The notes: generated by a model from the sequence alone, not told the origin. A stretch of DNA of 63,720 nt, filler included, from Octopus bimaculoides (GCF_001194135.2; 3 parts of 3 records of this genome joined end to end with filler, not necessarily neighbours in it), one strand, 5' to 3'; positions 39,301 through 52,267 are shown, counted from the whole stretch's first letter. Translations and numbers: made by a program.

Positions 39301-41233
39301 TGAATAGATTTCATGAGACTTTCCACAGACTATTGTGTTAAACTGCCAGATATCAACACCGTTGAATAAAAATTATATATACAAGTTCTGAGTTTTGAAT
39401 TCGTTTATACATATAGTCATTAATAACAGACATTTTGCAACAGCCCAAGTCATTAAAATTCCGTAATACTTCCTGCGTGTCAAATATTCATATCAACGTA
39501 CTGATACTTCGATATATCAAACACTCTGGGTCTTAAGATACATTTTGCTACAATTTTCTTTTAAAATGTTTTACTGTATAGTTGAAGGAGAATATCAAAT
39601 GAAAACTTATTCTTCTGCAAAAGCTTGCTTTTCTTTCGATGTCTATAAAAAATAAGAACTGCTTCAAGTAAAGAGAAGTAAATACATCTTGAAAGATCCT
39701 TTGACATTTAAATTTGGAAAGGAACAAAAGGGCGGCAAGATGACTGAAAGGAAAGAAAATTAACCGGATCTGAATATGTATAAAGCGTAAAATATGTAGG
39801 ATCAAAACAGCAGACGTCAGTGTCGTTTCCAGCTTTTGATCAATAAATGGAAAATACTAAAATATTGTCTATTTCTTGGAGCGATTTTGTAATTACACAC
39901 AGAGTAAAACACAGTGCTTAGCATGCAGTCACACTCACGTATTCACATAAACACAGATGAACTCGTGTGTATATATATATANNNNNNNNNNNNNNNNNNN
40001 NNNNNNNNNNNNNNNNNNNNNNNNNNNNNNNNNNNNNNNNNNNNNNNNATATATATAAAGCTAGGATAAAGATGCAAAAAGACGTAAACATAAGTGCAAA
40101 TCGTATGTGCAAGTGAGTTATTTGACAAAGTGAACAACAAATATTAAGAAAGCATAAATGAATATGCAAACAGATGTCAATAATCTATAATGCACATGAA
40201 TGCGCATAAATGTGTTTATTATTAAGGCAACAAGTTCAGGAAAACTACCTTCCTTTGCACTATATGAATGTGTGTGTATGTGTGTTTATTTCTATGTTTG
40301 CGCAAGTGACTACGCGTGTGTGTAGGTGTATTTTAACGTTGTATGCAATATGGTTGGATGTTTTTCTTTTTTTCTCCATGTGAAAGGTCAAAGAACTGAT
40401 AACTGATGTGTATATATGTGTGTGCGTGTGCGTACATCTTTGTATTGATTTTTGTGCATTAAGCATACATAACTATATATGTATTAAGATTGTGTGCGCG
40501 CACCAGCACGCATGCAAATTCATGTACGTCTGAAGAAATGCTTTTAACAGCTTATATCCATAAAAATATGACTGTCGTCAACTTATATACAACACAGGAA
40601 TGGTACCTGGAATTATCGGCAGTTTTCTCATTTCACACGAACGTATCGCTCAGCATATGACATGCAACATATTCTGTGATAGGGAGAACAAGCAATATTA
40701 ATCAGTGATCAATTACCACGCTAAGGATTCTTGTAATTATGAAATTTTGACACTGACCCGCTCAGCATTTTGGTTTTTTTCATTTTAGTTAATTAGTAGC
40801 CATTGAATACGTTGTCAGGCAACTGTCGCTGCGGAAACCATTGCCAAATCAAGCACAATATATAGTAGGTTTTAACAAAGAGAGAAGAGGAATGGAATAA
40901 GCCGGAGACGATATACGTACAAATTAGCGACTGATCCAGACAAATAAATAGATAGAGGTGTATTCGAGATCGGATTTAAGAGGACATCGGAATTTATACC
41001 GGTTAAAATAACATATTTGCAAACATACAATTCAACGGGAAAAGGTTAAGCGCAGTAAAATATTTCTAAGCTTAAGTCTGGAATAAGCAGAAAAATAAAA
41101 ATGAAACACAGGATAGGGATTTGAGTATAGAGCGAAATAATTAAAGGAAAAGATGGACATGTAAGACGGAAGAGCAGATAGAATTCATATGAATAACTCG
41201 GCAGAGCGTTACAGAGACAGAGATAGAGAATGC

Positions 41234-41270
<37 letters not shown>

Positions 41271-41787
41271 AGAAAGAGAGAGAGAGAGAGAGAGAGAGTG
41301 GGAACAAAAGCAAGAAAGGCAAGAAAGACAAGAAGGAAGGATTGAAATTAAGATAGAGTGGTGAAGAAAGGGAAAGAGAGATAGGAATGAAAGGATACTA
41401 CTTATTTTGTAAGAAAGAAAACAAAACTCGCGAGGCGTGTCGCCTCCATGTAAGTGTCGAGATTAAGTTAAGACACTGACAACTACAGTTTTGATCCTCA
41501 AATTTGACCACAAAGATACGACTGTTAAGCAGCGGATATGGAGCTCAATTCCCATATATATCATTGTAGAGTATTAGCTACTGGGACGAAAAAAATGCAA
41601 GGAAAATGTGACGCACGTTAAATGTTTTTAAAATATTTTAAAAAGCCAAGGCAAGGACGGATGATAAAGATCAATGAATTTTAATACAACTAAGATTTAA
41701 AAAGCGTGTGAGAGTGTATGCATTCCTATATATAAGAGGATAGGTAGTAAATATATACATATATGTATATATATACGTATATATATA

Positions 41788-42175
41788 GTCTTTTATTCTC
41801 TTTTACTTTTTTCAGTCATTTGACTGCGGCCATGCTGGAGCACCGCCTTTAGTCGAGCAAATCGACAGCAGGACTTATTCTTTGTAAGCCTAGTACTTAT
41901 TCTATCGATATATTTTGCCGATCCGCTAAGTTACGGGGACGTAAACACACCAGCATTGATTGTCAAGCGATGTTGGGTTGACAAACACAGACACGCAAGC
42001 ACACACATATATATACATATACATATATATGACAGGCTTCTTTCACTTTCCCTCTACGAAATCCACTCACAAGGCTTTGGTCGGCCCGAGGCTATAGTAG
42101 AAGACACTTGAACCAAGGTGCCACGCAGTAGGACTGAACCATTGACCATGTGGATGGTAAGCAAGTTACTTACCA
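41788..42175 (-). mobile_element. family A tRNA-derived SINE, best-preserved copy
   Basis: Complete head-to-tail match to the other copies; ends in an aaaagagaataaaaga tail on the minus strand. Confidence 0.9.
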
Positions 42176-42314
42176 ATATATATATATATATATATATATA
42201 NNNNNNNNNNNNNNNNNNNNNNNNNNNNNNNNNNNNNNNNNNNNNNNNNNNNNNNNNNNNNNNNNNNNNNNNNNNNNNNNNNNNNNNNNNNNNNNNNNNN
42301 CGTACGTATATATA

Positions 42315-42951
42315 TACGTGGTCTAATTAATAAGTACGCGGTGTGCAGCTATAGTAATGGCGATAAAGCACACAAAGTGACTCCACTCGGCACAAACTGA
42401 CCGCGAACGAGGCTGTGCATGCGTATTAAGTTATACCATTCTAGCTCACATCCGTTGAGTAGTAGTTGGAAGGAAGTTGTGTTGCGTGTGATCGTCGTAT
42501 TGACCATGAGAATGAAATTTGAGCAGAGAATCTGCATCAAGCTTTGCTACAAGTAAGGCGATACCTGGTTAGAGGCATACGCAAACTTTTCAAAGTGCCT
42601 TCATCGATCTCGACACAATCAAGGAGATCTTGTACAGCTAAATGAAACCCGAGTGTCGTTTTGGTCAGCTGAAACCAGTTTTATCACAAAATAAGAAGGC
42701 ACGTGTCTCATACTCGAATCTTCAATGATAATGGACTGAACTGAACTACCAATCTGTACATCCCCTGATAAATCACGGACGGTCATTCGACAATATTTTC
42801 TCACAGCTTCACGCACATCTGTGAGATATTTTCAGTTCTGCTGTTTGCGGGTCTCTCAGAACGTTCGTTAATATCAACACATTTCGGCCATTTTGGAAAC
42901 GTCTGACCCACTCGTACACTTTTGTGCGGCTCATACACTCCACATACTGTG
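42315..42951. mobile_element. mariner transposon relic with internal inversion
   Basis: TA + cgtggtctaattaataagtacgcgg TIR-like end; plus-strand MRMKFEQRICIKLCYK; minus strand 42951-42610 continues ECMSRTKVYEWVRRFQNG...VREAVRKYCRMTVRDL...MRHV...KLVSADQ..RV. Confidence 0.8.
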
Positions 42952-42952
42952 A

Positions 42953-43141
42953 TTCCCACAATTTTGAGGGAGGAGCAAGTCGATTAGATCGACCCAGTAC
43001 GCAACTGGTACTTAATTCATTGACCCTGAAAGGTTGAAAGGCAAAGTCAACCTCGGGGTAATTTGTACTCAGAACGTAAAGATATACGAAATAACGCTAA
43101 GCATTTCGCCCGGCGTGCTAACCTGTCTGCTAGATCACCGC
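42953..43141 (-). mobile_element. family B SINE, tail truncated
   Basis: Core gcctttcaacctttcagggtcaatgaattaagtaccagttgcgtactgg and head on the minus strand. Confidence 0.8.
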
Positions 43142-46100
43142 ATTTACATTCCGAATCATATTAGTAAGCATTTACAACACTACGTTCATATATAGTAAGC
43201 ATTTTGATCTTTATCTCCCTTCTCTGGGACATATTTTCTGCTAGAAATCTTAATTCCTCTCAGTTGGCTATTATTCTTCATGTTTCTTTATATTTAGTTC
43301 ATTCACGAAGAACCGTTGTGTGAATCGGCGAAGGAACACCATTCAGATCCTTTGCAACATCCGGCAAATGTCCGGCAATCTTCTTTTGCGCTATGTATCT
43401 TGGAGAAGAGCCACAGTCTTAAAGGATGACTAATCAAATCTTCTTTGTTATATCGCAAAAATTATCAATATGTCATCTAGTCTAAATTTGTTGTGTTTTC
43501 AGCCCATAAGTTTTGAGTCAGTTGATATGCACAGCTAAACGAAGAGACTTTTGAAAACGACGTCAATCTACATGTTCTGTTCTAAAACATGTCAAACAGA
43601 AATCCATGTACATGCAATGCCATCGTTAGTGTAAATGGCTATATGGTGAAATGACTCTTCGTAGTTACTGTCGTATGGAAATCTGTGATAAACGTAACAT
43701 ATGAAATATCAGGAACATAATTACGCTCGATTTGTTTTATAAAATACGTAATAAATTTGCTCCAATGAACATAACGTTAAAAATGGATATCAAATTCAAA
43801 TGAGAGAAGAAAAAAGATCTACTGCAATGTTTTTGGTTTAACTGTTTAACAATTATAAAGCAAAAATATTTTTGTGCAAAGAGATAAATAATATTGCAAA
43901 ACATCAAGTTCTGAGGAAACTGAGATAATATATAAGTACAGTTAAAAGGAAAATATTCTTGAAAATAAAGTTAATTCATACAGTAATAAATATGAATCAT
44001 ATATTGTACAACGTTGTCATGGAAAAATAACCATTTGTCATAGTGTTGTCGCAGTTTCAGCATTTTCTGTGCACATTTTCTCTCAATCGCGTTAGTAAAT
44101 CGCAAAAATACAGTTCAGCTGAATAGAGAAAAATATCAATGATTAATGATTTTTACTGTCGCAACAGACTATAACCATTTTGTCACTACATTTCATTCAT
44201 AACGAGATTTCTTTTTTCACTGTTCATTTGGTTGATGACGGACTTTACGAGTCAAACGAAAGATTTTGATTTGTTAAGGCATTTTAATCGTAAGCGGTAC
44301 TTTCATCCGCCGTGTTCATACAGACGACGAAATTGGATCGCATTTTGCTTTTTCATGAAGCTCAAGACATTCATTAATAGACCGCTACTTTTCCTATACG
44401 GTGATTCAAAATAGCAAAAAAGGTATCTATTTACAAATTGTTAAATTCACTATGAAATTCATAACGGATTAACAAAAATCGAGCCTAAACAAATCGATAG
44501 TATGAAAAAAAACGTTGCGCGGAAGAACGTAGAGTGAGGGTAAATGTGGGCACGGATGAGATACTAAAATTAGAATAAGGAAAAGGGAAAAAGTGTAAAG
44601 TGGAGAACATGAGAATGTGAATTACGATGAAATACGTTACGATACAATGTCTCATGGACAGTAAGGATTCCATAAAATTTACGGGGGNNNNNNNNNNNNN
44701 NNNNNNNNNNNNNNNNNNNNNNNNNNNNNNNNNNNNNNNNNNNNNNNNNNNNNNNNNNNNNNNNNNNNNNNNNNNNNNNNNNNNNNNNNNNNNNNNNNNN
44801 NNNNNNNNNNNNNNNNNNNNNNNNNNNNNNNNNNNNNNNNNNNNNNNNNNNNNNNNNNNNNNNNNNNNNNNNNNNNNNNNNNNNNNNNNNNNNNNNNNNN
44901 NNNNNNNNNNNNNNNNNNNNNNNNNNNNNNNNNNNNNNNNNNNNNNNNNNNNNNNNNNNNNNNNNNNNNNNNNNNNNNNNNNNNNNNNNNNNNNNNNNNN
45001 NNNNNNNNNNNNNNNNNNNNNNNNNNNNNNNNNNNNNNNNNNNNNNNNNNNNNNNNNNNNNNNNNNNNNNNNNNNNNNNNNNNNNNNNNNNNNNNNNNNN
45101 NNNNNNNNNNNNNNNNNNNNNNNNNNNNNNNNNNNNNNNNNNNNNNNNNNNNNNNNNNNNNNNNNNNNNNNNNNNNNNNNNNNNNNNNNNNNNNNNNNNN
45201 NNNNNNNNNNNNNNNNNNNNNNNNNNNNNNNNNNNNNNNNNNNNNNNNNNNNNNNNNNNNNNNNNNNNNNNNNNNNNNNNNNNNNNNNNNNNNNNNNNNN
45301 NNNNNNNNNNNNNNNNNNNNNNNNNNNNNNNNNNNNNNNNNNNNNNNNNNNNNNNNNNNNNNNNNNNATATATATATATATATATATACACATGTATGTA
45401 TGTTTATGTGTAAGCTCACATCTATCTGAACAAGCAAATGCATGGGTACTAATTTATGTGTGTTTATGTTAAGGAATTCATGAGCTGAATTCGTTTTATC
45501 AAATCAAAATTTTCAAGTATGCCTATATGCAGAGTAAAAAAGAAGATAAATACAATATTGAACACGTTTTAGAAAACTATATAAAAAACATACAAACGCA
45601 TTAAGCGTAAATCTAGATATTCTGCATAGACATCAGGATTATATATGAAAGTAATGTACATTAAAAGCCTAATAACCCGCGGCTTAAAGAGTTTATAATG
45701 AAACATAAAACGAGGTAAAAAATGGTGCACTTTCACAGACACATCTTTATATATATATACAATTACACACAAATAGATATATGATATTTATATGTACATA
45801 AACACACAGGTACAGAAACTTACACACACGCACACCAATGCATATATATAGGTATACATAGATGCATATGTATATATTTAACTATGAATATAACAGATTA
45901 ATACTATGAAAAAGAGATGTATATGATTCATGTATACATATATATTCATTGGTATACAAATATGTATATATACACACGCACACAGTCACACACATACATA
46001 CATACACATACACATTAATATACATACAACTGATATATTCCTCTCCATATAAGCATTTCTGATTGTGATTGCTTGAAATTAATTGTATATTGCCCTACAT

Positions 46101-46380
46101 AAAAATAGTGATTTATATAAATTATATTGCAATTCTAAATTTTGAAATGCCGGAAAATTCTGCTTTGCACAGAATAAAATATAACTTACCAAACGTTTAA
46201 TGGAGAAATATGTTAATTAAACCTGCCATATTTTGCGCGGCATATTATAGCGTTTCTCTGTATCGCATCTCCCTTTCTCTCTCTTTTTCTCTTATGTATA
46301 TAAGTATATATTTATATATATTATCTGGTCATCTAATACAAAATGGTTCTTCTTCTCATCCGACCCTCTAACTCTCCGTG

Positions 46381-46446
<66 letters not shown>

Positions 46447-46901
46447 AAATATTATTTAGCACACATTGATATACATACAAATGTTTAACTATTTTTCACG
46501 TAAAATCAATGTGAATGTTTTATATAAGTCATCTAAAATTTTGTCGCATTTCATAGTGCAGGATAAAAGTATATTGAACATTTTAGACGAGATGACGGCT
46601 GAAAATAAATCAAGCGTGTTTACTAAAAGAATATATAGATATATGTGTAATGTGAGCATTGAATATGTTTTGAACAAACACATTCGATTAAATATATGCA
46701 CCCATGTTACGCTGCAATTGCCATGCAAGGGAGATAATATCTCTTTGAACACTAAATGTTATAGAGGAGAAATTTGGTGTGTTTATTTTAATGGCCTACC
46801 AATGTATACAGTGCGTTTCTCTGCCCCAGGTGTCAGGAAGACACTCGACGAGAAACGGAAACAGAATTGAAAGATGATAATGAAAATAATAATGATAATA
46901 A

Positions 46902-46962
<61 letters not shown>

Positions 46963-46964
<2 letters not shown>

Positions 46965-47067
46965 GAAACTTAGCAAATATAAGGATCTTGAAATAGAAAT
47001 GAGCAAAATATGGAATCTGAAGACGAAAACAATACCTATTGTCATAGGTGCCCTGGGAATGACATAA
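46963..47067 (+). mobile_element. R4/Dong-like restriction-like endonuclease fragment embedded in (TAA)n
   Basis: KKLSKYKDLEIEMSKIWNLKTKTIPIVIGALGM: K..KY..L and P.VIGALG motifs of RLE non-LTR elements. Confidence 0.8.
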
Positions 47068-47141
<74 letters not shown>

Positions 47142-47149
47142 TAATATTC

Positions 47150-47207
<58 letters not shown>

Positions 47208-47222
47208 TAATAATAATGATAA

Positions 47223-47504
47223 TTTAAATTGGGAAATATGACGCTTGGGGTGAATGATGATAGTAGACGTGATACCAATAGTAATTGGTGCACTTTGAAA
47301 TATCAGCTCTCAACAACGAACATGGCTGAAAAATATCGGAGAAAGTGTGAAGGTAGAACAGTTACAAAAATCAGTATTGCTTGAATCTGCAAAAATTCTT
47401 CGCAGAATTATTTAAGCATGACCAGTAAAGAAGTGTCAACTTAGTCTGCTAGCTGTGGACAGCTGACACTTTCCATCATACTCAGCAAAATGAGCTGTGA
47501 GTCT
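47223..47504 (+). mobile_element. 5'-truncated R4/Dong-like element: C-terminus plus structured 3' UTR, in (TAA)n
   Basis: IVDVIPIVIGAL*NISSQQRTWLKNIGESVKVEQLQKSVLLESAKILRRII* (stop 47413-47415); UTR hairpin 47431-47471; (CAA)/(TAA)n tail. Confidence 0.8.
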
Positions 47505-47534
47505 TAATACAACAGCAACAACAACAACAGCAAC

Positions 47535-47590
<56 letters not shown>

Positions 47591-47859
47591 CGAGTTCTGA
47601 GTTTCAATTTTTCTCTCTCTCAAAGGATTCTAAGACCTTACCGCAGATTTACTTTGATGTGGAGAAGAGTTAGAATATTTCATGGGTATTTAAGAGATTA
47701 AATCAAACCCTGTATTTTCTCCGTCGTTTATCGACCCGGGAGGGACGGAAGGAAATTGTTCATCGGTGGTACTTGCACTTAGAATGCACACGGTAGGAAG
47801 AAACGATGCTTAACAGGTTCTGCCAACAATAACAGCAACAAAACAACAACTACAGCAGC

Positions 47860-48106
47860 AAGAAGAAGAAGAAGAAGAAGAAGAAGAAGAAGAAGAAGAA
47901 GAAGAAGAAGAAGAAGAAGAAGAAGAACAAGAAGAAGAAGAAGAAGAAGAAGAAGAAAAAGAAGAAGAAGAAGAAGAAGAAGAAGAAGAAGAAGAAGAAG
48001 AAGAAGAAGGAGAAGAACAAGAACAAGAAGAACAAAAACAAGAAGAACAAGAAGAAGAAGAACAAGAACAAGAAGAAGAAGAAGAAGAAGAACAAGAACA
48101 AGAAGA
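47860..48106. repeat. long (GAA)n polypurine microsatellite with CAA/AAA/GGA variants
   Basis: Direct reading. Confidence 0.95.
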
Positions 48107-48830
48107 ATAGACATGTTCTTTCTCCATTTCTTTTCGTAATTCGCTAATCCTTGTTTCAAATGTACCGAGAAAATTGAATCGAAGCTTCATAATTAACTTA
48201 CGAAAATGAGTGGGAAAATAAATCGCCTGCTACGTAATGATGACGCCAAGCTATACAAAATAGGAAAAAAAAAACGATTTCCATTTTAGGATCCAACGAG
48301 TAAGAGTATTTAGCAACAATACTTGGGGTAAATAAGTTTACACTTTCAATTTTGAAGATAGGATGTTTAAATTGTGATAAAATTAATACAAGATATCATT
48401 GAATCGGTGCGAAATTACAAGTGGTACAATTACCAGAGTGTGTTACAGGTGCTTAAGTTAACCGGAACAAAAATGAAAGGTGGATTTTTCTAAGGAGTAC
48501 TACAGAATTGTGTAAAGGTGCTCGAAACAAAAGTAAGGACCATGGGGCATATCAGTTCTAAGATACTCTGTACTTTTTTTTTAAATTGAATGAGTCAGAG
48601 TTACAACTATTAGAAGATCGCTAAGCTGCTCGCAGTATATTAACTCACAACAACATAGAAATCTTAATGACAGACTCTCATTACAACGCAGTATGGGATG
48701 CGGACGATTGTGGAACGCAGAAGATCACAATGGGTTTGAAAAACTAGTTTGTGCAGTTGTACGGAATGTACTGTTTGCGGCCTGAAACACAAAAAATATC
48801 ACTGGTGCAGTAGGAAAATTAAAGAGTAGG

Positions 48831-48893
<63 letters not shown>

Positions 48894-48939
48894 TTTAATT
48901 TCAATGGCGTAGTCGATCTGATCGGAAAGGTAAATTCAC

Positions 48940-49512
48940 GGATCTATTTTAAAACGGGGGCCANNNNNNNNNNNNNNNNNNNNNNNNNNNNNNNNNNNNN
49001 NNNNNNNNNNNNNNNNNNNNNNNNNNNNNNNNNNATTTTGTGTTATAGAACAGAAAATTATTTTTGTATTCGAATTTATTTCATGTAAAAAATTGTCTTA
49101 TTTCGATAATTTCAACCAATCACTGACAAGTATTCAGTTGTTTACATTTACTCCTTTGGATGATTAAGCGATGTAAAGCGTATTTAATCTCCATACCTTC
49201 GTTTTATTTGCTTTTTTCATTTTAAATTTGCTTTAACCCTAACCCTAACCCTGGGATTAGGGTTAGGCTTAATTGTTTCAGAATCGTTTGTTTATGTAGT
49301 CGGCACTTAATGTATATCGGCTGAATGGACGTCAGTGATTGGTTGAAATTACAGAAATACGACAACTTTCACATGGAATAACTTACGGATTTCTGTTTTT
49401 TTTAAAGAAGACTAAGAGAAAAAAGACGTTTTATATGACATATTCTACCAGTGTTCCAAGTTTCAAAGTGTTTCGTTAATGAAAAATGTGGCCCCCGTTT
49501 TAAAAAGGATCC
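48940..49512. mobile_element. MITE with GG...CC termini and 8-bp TSD (Merlin-like)
   Basis: TIR ggatctattttaaaacgggggcca / tggcccccgttttaaaaaggatcc; exact TSD aaattcac at 48932-48939 and 49513-49520. Confidence 0.8.
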
Positions 49513-49710
49513 AAATTCACAGTTTTGTGTTTGCGTCCAGAATTTTTGAACCTATATTCCTAATTTTTTTCTTTCAACATAATCTCTTCTCGCGTTTTTC
49601 TTCTTAGATTTCGACTTCAGATCAGAAGTGATGAACAAGTGTTGGTACCGGTTTTATGTCACTATTAATTTCCCCCTTTCTAGCTTCGATTGAGCTAGAT
49701 TTGTGTTTAG

Positions 49711-49871
49711 TTTAATGCTGGAGCACTTGAAATTTCTTGCAAGGGCTCAACATGTATTTTAACCAGAAAACGGTGCATTATATCCAGGTCCGCAAACGTT
49801 ATGTCACGGCGGCAGCGGCACATCTGCATTCTTGTGAATAATAAATCTAAAGCAGACTTCACTTTACGCTG
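49711..49871 (+). CDS. putative exon 1 of a small spliced Cys/His-rich protein gene (possible start ATG 49801)
   Basis: tgtttag acceptor, open frame FNAGALEISCKGSTC...MSRRQRHICILVNNKSKADFTLR, tg|gtatgt donor in phase 2. The antisense frame is also open. Confidence 0.25.
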
Positions 49872-50635
49872 GTATGTGAATTCGTTTTCAGGAATATGCG
49901 GACTAAACTAAGCCTGTGGCAATTTGTACATCGAATGAATTTTCAGCTCAGAGATTAATGTGCAAGTGATACCATGAGAACAATAAATGATATCTCTATC
50001 GAATCTTTCCGTAGTGTGTGCTTTCAATAATTTTAATAAACTGTTATCTTCGATAACGTGTGGAATTTCCTTGGACTTTTCCTATCGTGTTACTTCTATT
50101 TATTTCTTCTGTTTCGTTCTTGTGTAGACATTGTTCTCCTGTTAAGTAGAATTCCTCGTACAAATGCATTATTTACTGATAGCTTCAATATTTATGTTAA
50201 GCAATTTGCATTTTCCTATTCCAAGAGGAACATCATTTTTAGCAGTCAAGCAAGGCCTGCGTAGGTAATGTCCTCTTCATATAGCTGTAGAAAACAAGTG
50301 AAAGACAAAATGAATTACGATTCTCTTTATTGTTGTGTTCTATTATTTCCGCACCTCCCCAAGAGCTGAATTATATGACATCACCTTGTACGAGGGATAG
50401 AATACATTTGATATGTATGGGCTATTGCTTTCAACAGTTGAGAGCAATTTCCTTTTGTGTTCACGCTAATCCCCGGAATTCACTTATATAGCACTTTTTC
50501 TTGAACTTGTTGTTTGGTAAATGTGCTCTCGAGTACTTGTCTAGTGTTAGTCGGCTGCGAAGGGTACTGCTTCTCTGATTATTCAACGTTTACCTCCAAT
50601 ATCTTGGAAATAGTTAATCTTACTTTAGTTTCTAG

Positions 50636-50739
50636 CAGCAGTCCTGAGGAACCAGGTCACAATCAAAAGATACCGGTCTCCGCAGCCGGTCACAATCAAA
50701 AGATACCGCCACAAGTGTGTCAGAAGGCCAGAGATTGTG
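50636..50739 (+). CDS. putative exon 2
   Basis: ttaatcttactttagtttctag acceptor, gtaaga donor, locally raised GC, 21-bp direct repeat with a 33-bp (in-frame) period giving GHNQKIP twice. Confidence 0.35.
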
Positions 50740-51670
50740 GTAAGAGTAAAGAAATTAAAAACAACCATTTTCTTAGAGAAGTAAAATATGGTGTTGAAAT
50801 TTTCGACGGCCCACGCTGCCTCCCTTATCATTAGCCAAAGCACTACCAGCTCCATTATTGGGATTCCGCATCTAGCTGATATAGAAACAAACATAATTAT
50901 AGGAAAGAAGACAACAATAACATTGTCAACGATAAATAAAAGAAAGCATGAAACAGTAACAGCACCATTACATCTACTTAATCACATGCAATATCCCTAC
51001 AATAAGTAGATGTTGCGGGGGAACACAAGATGACTATGGTCACGAACAAAGACACAGCAACAACAAGGATACCAATAGCAAAATCTATAATAAAAAAAAA
51101 CGAGAGAAAAGATGAGGTTTTCACGAAATTTATTAATATATTTTAATAAACATTGCACACTCATTCAAACTGGTTGTCACACATATTTATGCGACATGAC
51201 TAAATTTTAAAATGACTAAATGGAAAACACAAAATCAAAATGCACAACAGAATGTACATTGAGAAAAAAGGAAATCGATAGTATACTGAAGAATTAATAG
51301 AAAAAAAAAATGTGTTGCAAATTCTCTAATAAGAAAATAGAAATACGAGAACAGTAACAACAATGATGACAAGACCGAGAACAACAAAAACAAAAGTAGC
51401 AAATCTTACACTATTCCAAATATGACAGCACGAATATCGAGCAGTAGTCTGTCCGAAAAGTTAAAACCTCGAAAGAAAAAAAAAATGGATTTGCGTTATT
51501 GTTTCTGCGTCTACGTTCTGTTATTAAACCCCACTGAGTCCAACTTTGACCTTTTCATCCTTCCATTGTTGATAATTGTGCTTTTACTGACCTACTAATG
51601 TAAAAGGTACAGAGAATATATTCGACAGCTCCACTAACCTAAGATGTCTGGCCTTCTGCCAAGGTTATAG

Positions 51671-51784
51671 GTCACCTTCACCACAACCACGACCGCCATC
51701 ATCCTCATAACGACGACGGCAAGCACCACTACCATGACCACCACCGTTACCATCATAAGTACTGTGAAAATCATAGAACAAGAG
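51671..51784 (+). CDS. putative exon 3, His-rich
   Basis: 114 nt, phase 1-1; HLHHNHDRHHPHNDDGKHHYHDHHRYHHKYCENHRTR (15 His in 37 aa); could instead be a degenerate trinucleotide tract. Confidence 0.3.
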
Positions 51785-52057
51785 GTGTGTCGTTTTCAAA
51801 ATCTGTGTTCGGATTGCACGTGACATTGATTTAGTAATTTCAACTATATTCAAATAACATTCTTACATCTCATAACAATAGGCGAAATTCATAACGGCAC
51901 ATGTCATGTTTACAACAACAGCAACTAAGTAACGTAGACGTAAGGGAGTTATTATAAATAGTACATTGAGTATAGATCCTGGAACGATGGCTTTGATGGT
52001 ATGGTGGACTCTGGATAATAACTTTCATTTCCTCTAACAACATCAATTGATATACAG

Positions 52058-52092
52058 GTTGTTGTTTCTATTATTCTGGTAATTCAAACTAA
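52058..52092 (+). CDS. putative terminal exon (GCCFYYSGNSN*)
   Basis: ctaac branch point at 52034-52038, tacag acceptor, phase-1 entry, stop 52090-52092, AATAAA at 52139-52144. Confidence 0.3.
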
Positions 52093-52267
52093 AATCTATT
52101 CCGGTGTTCTTTGAAGTACTAGACAAAAGAATGCCTTCAATAAATAAGAGTAGACAACAGAAATGGACGCTTATTCGCAATCATCTCGTGTTTCGTTAAT
52201 AAACATTGCATTTACAATTACGTAGTCTCTACCTAAATTATGAAAGCCAGAAGGCAAAACAGTTGGG

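Noticed and set aside
40801-40869. Possible 69-nt phase 1-1 exon (IEYVVRQLSLRKPLPNQAQYIV)
   Set aside because: Weak splice sites, no partner exons, no recognisable domain.
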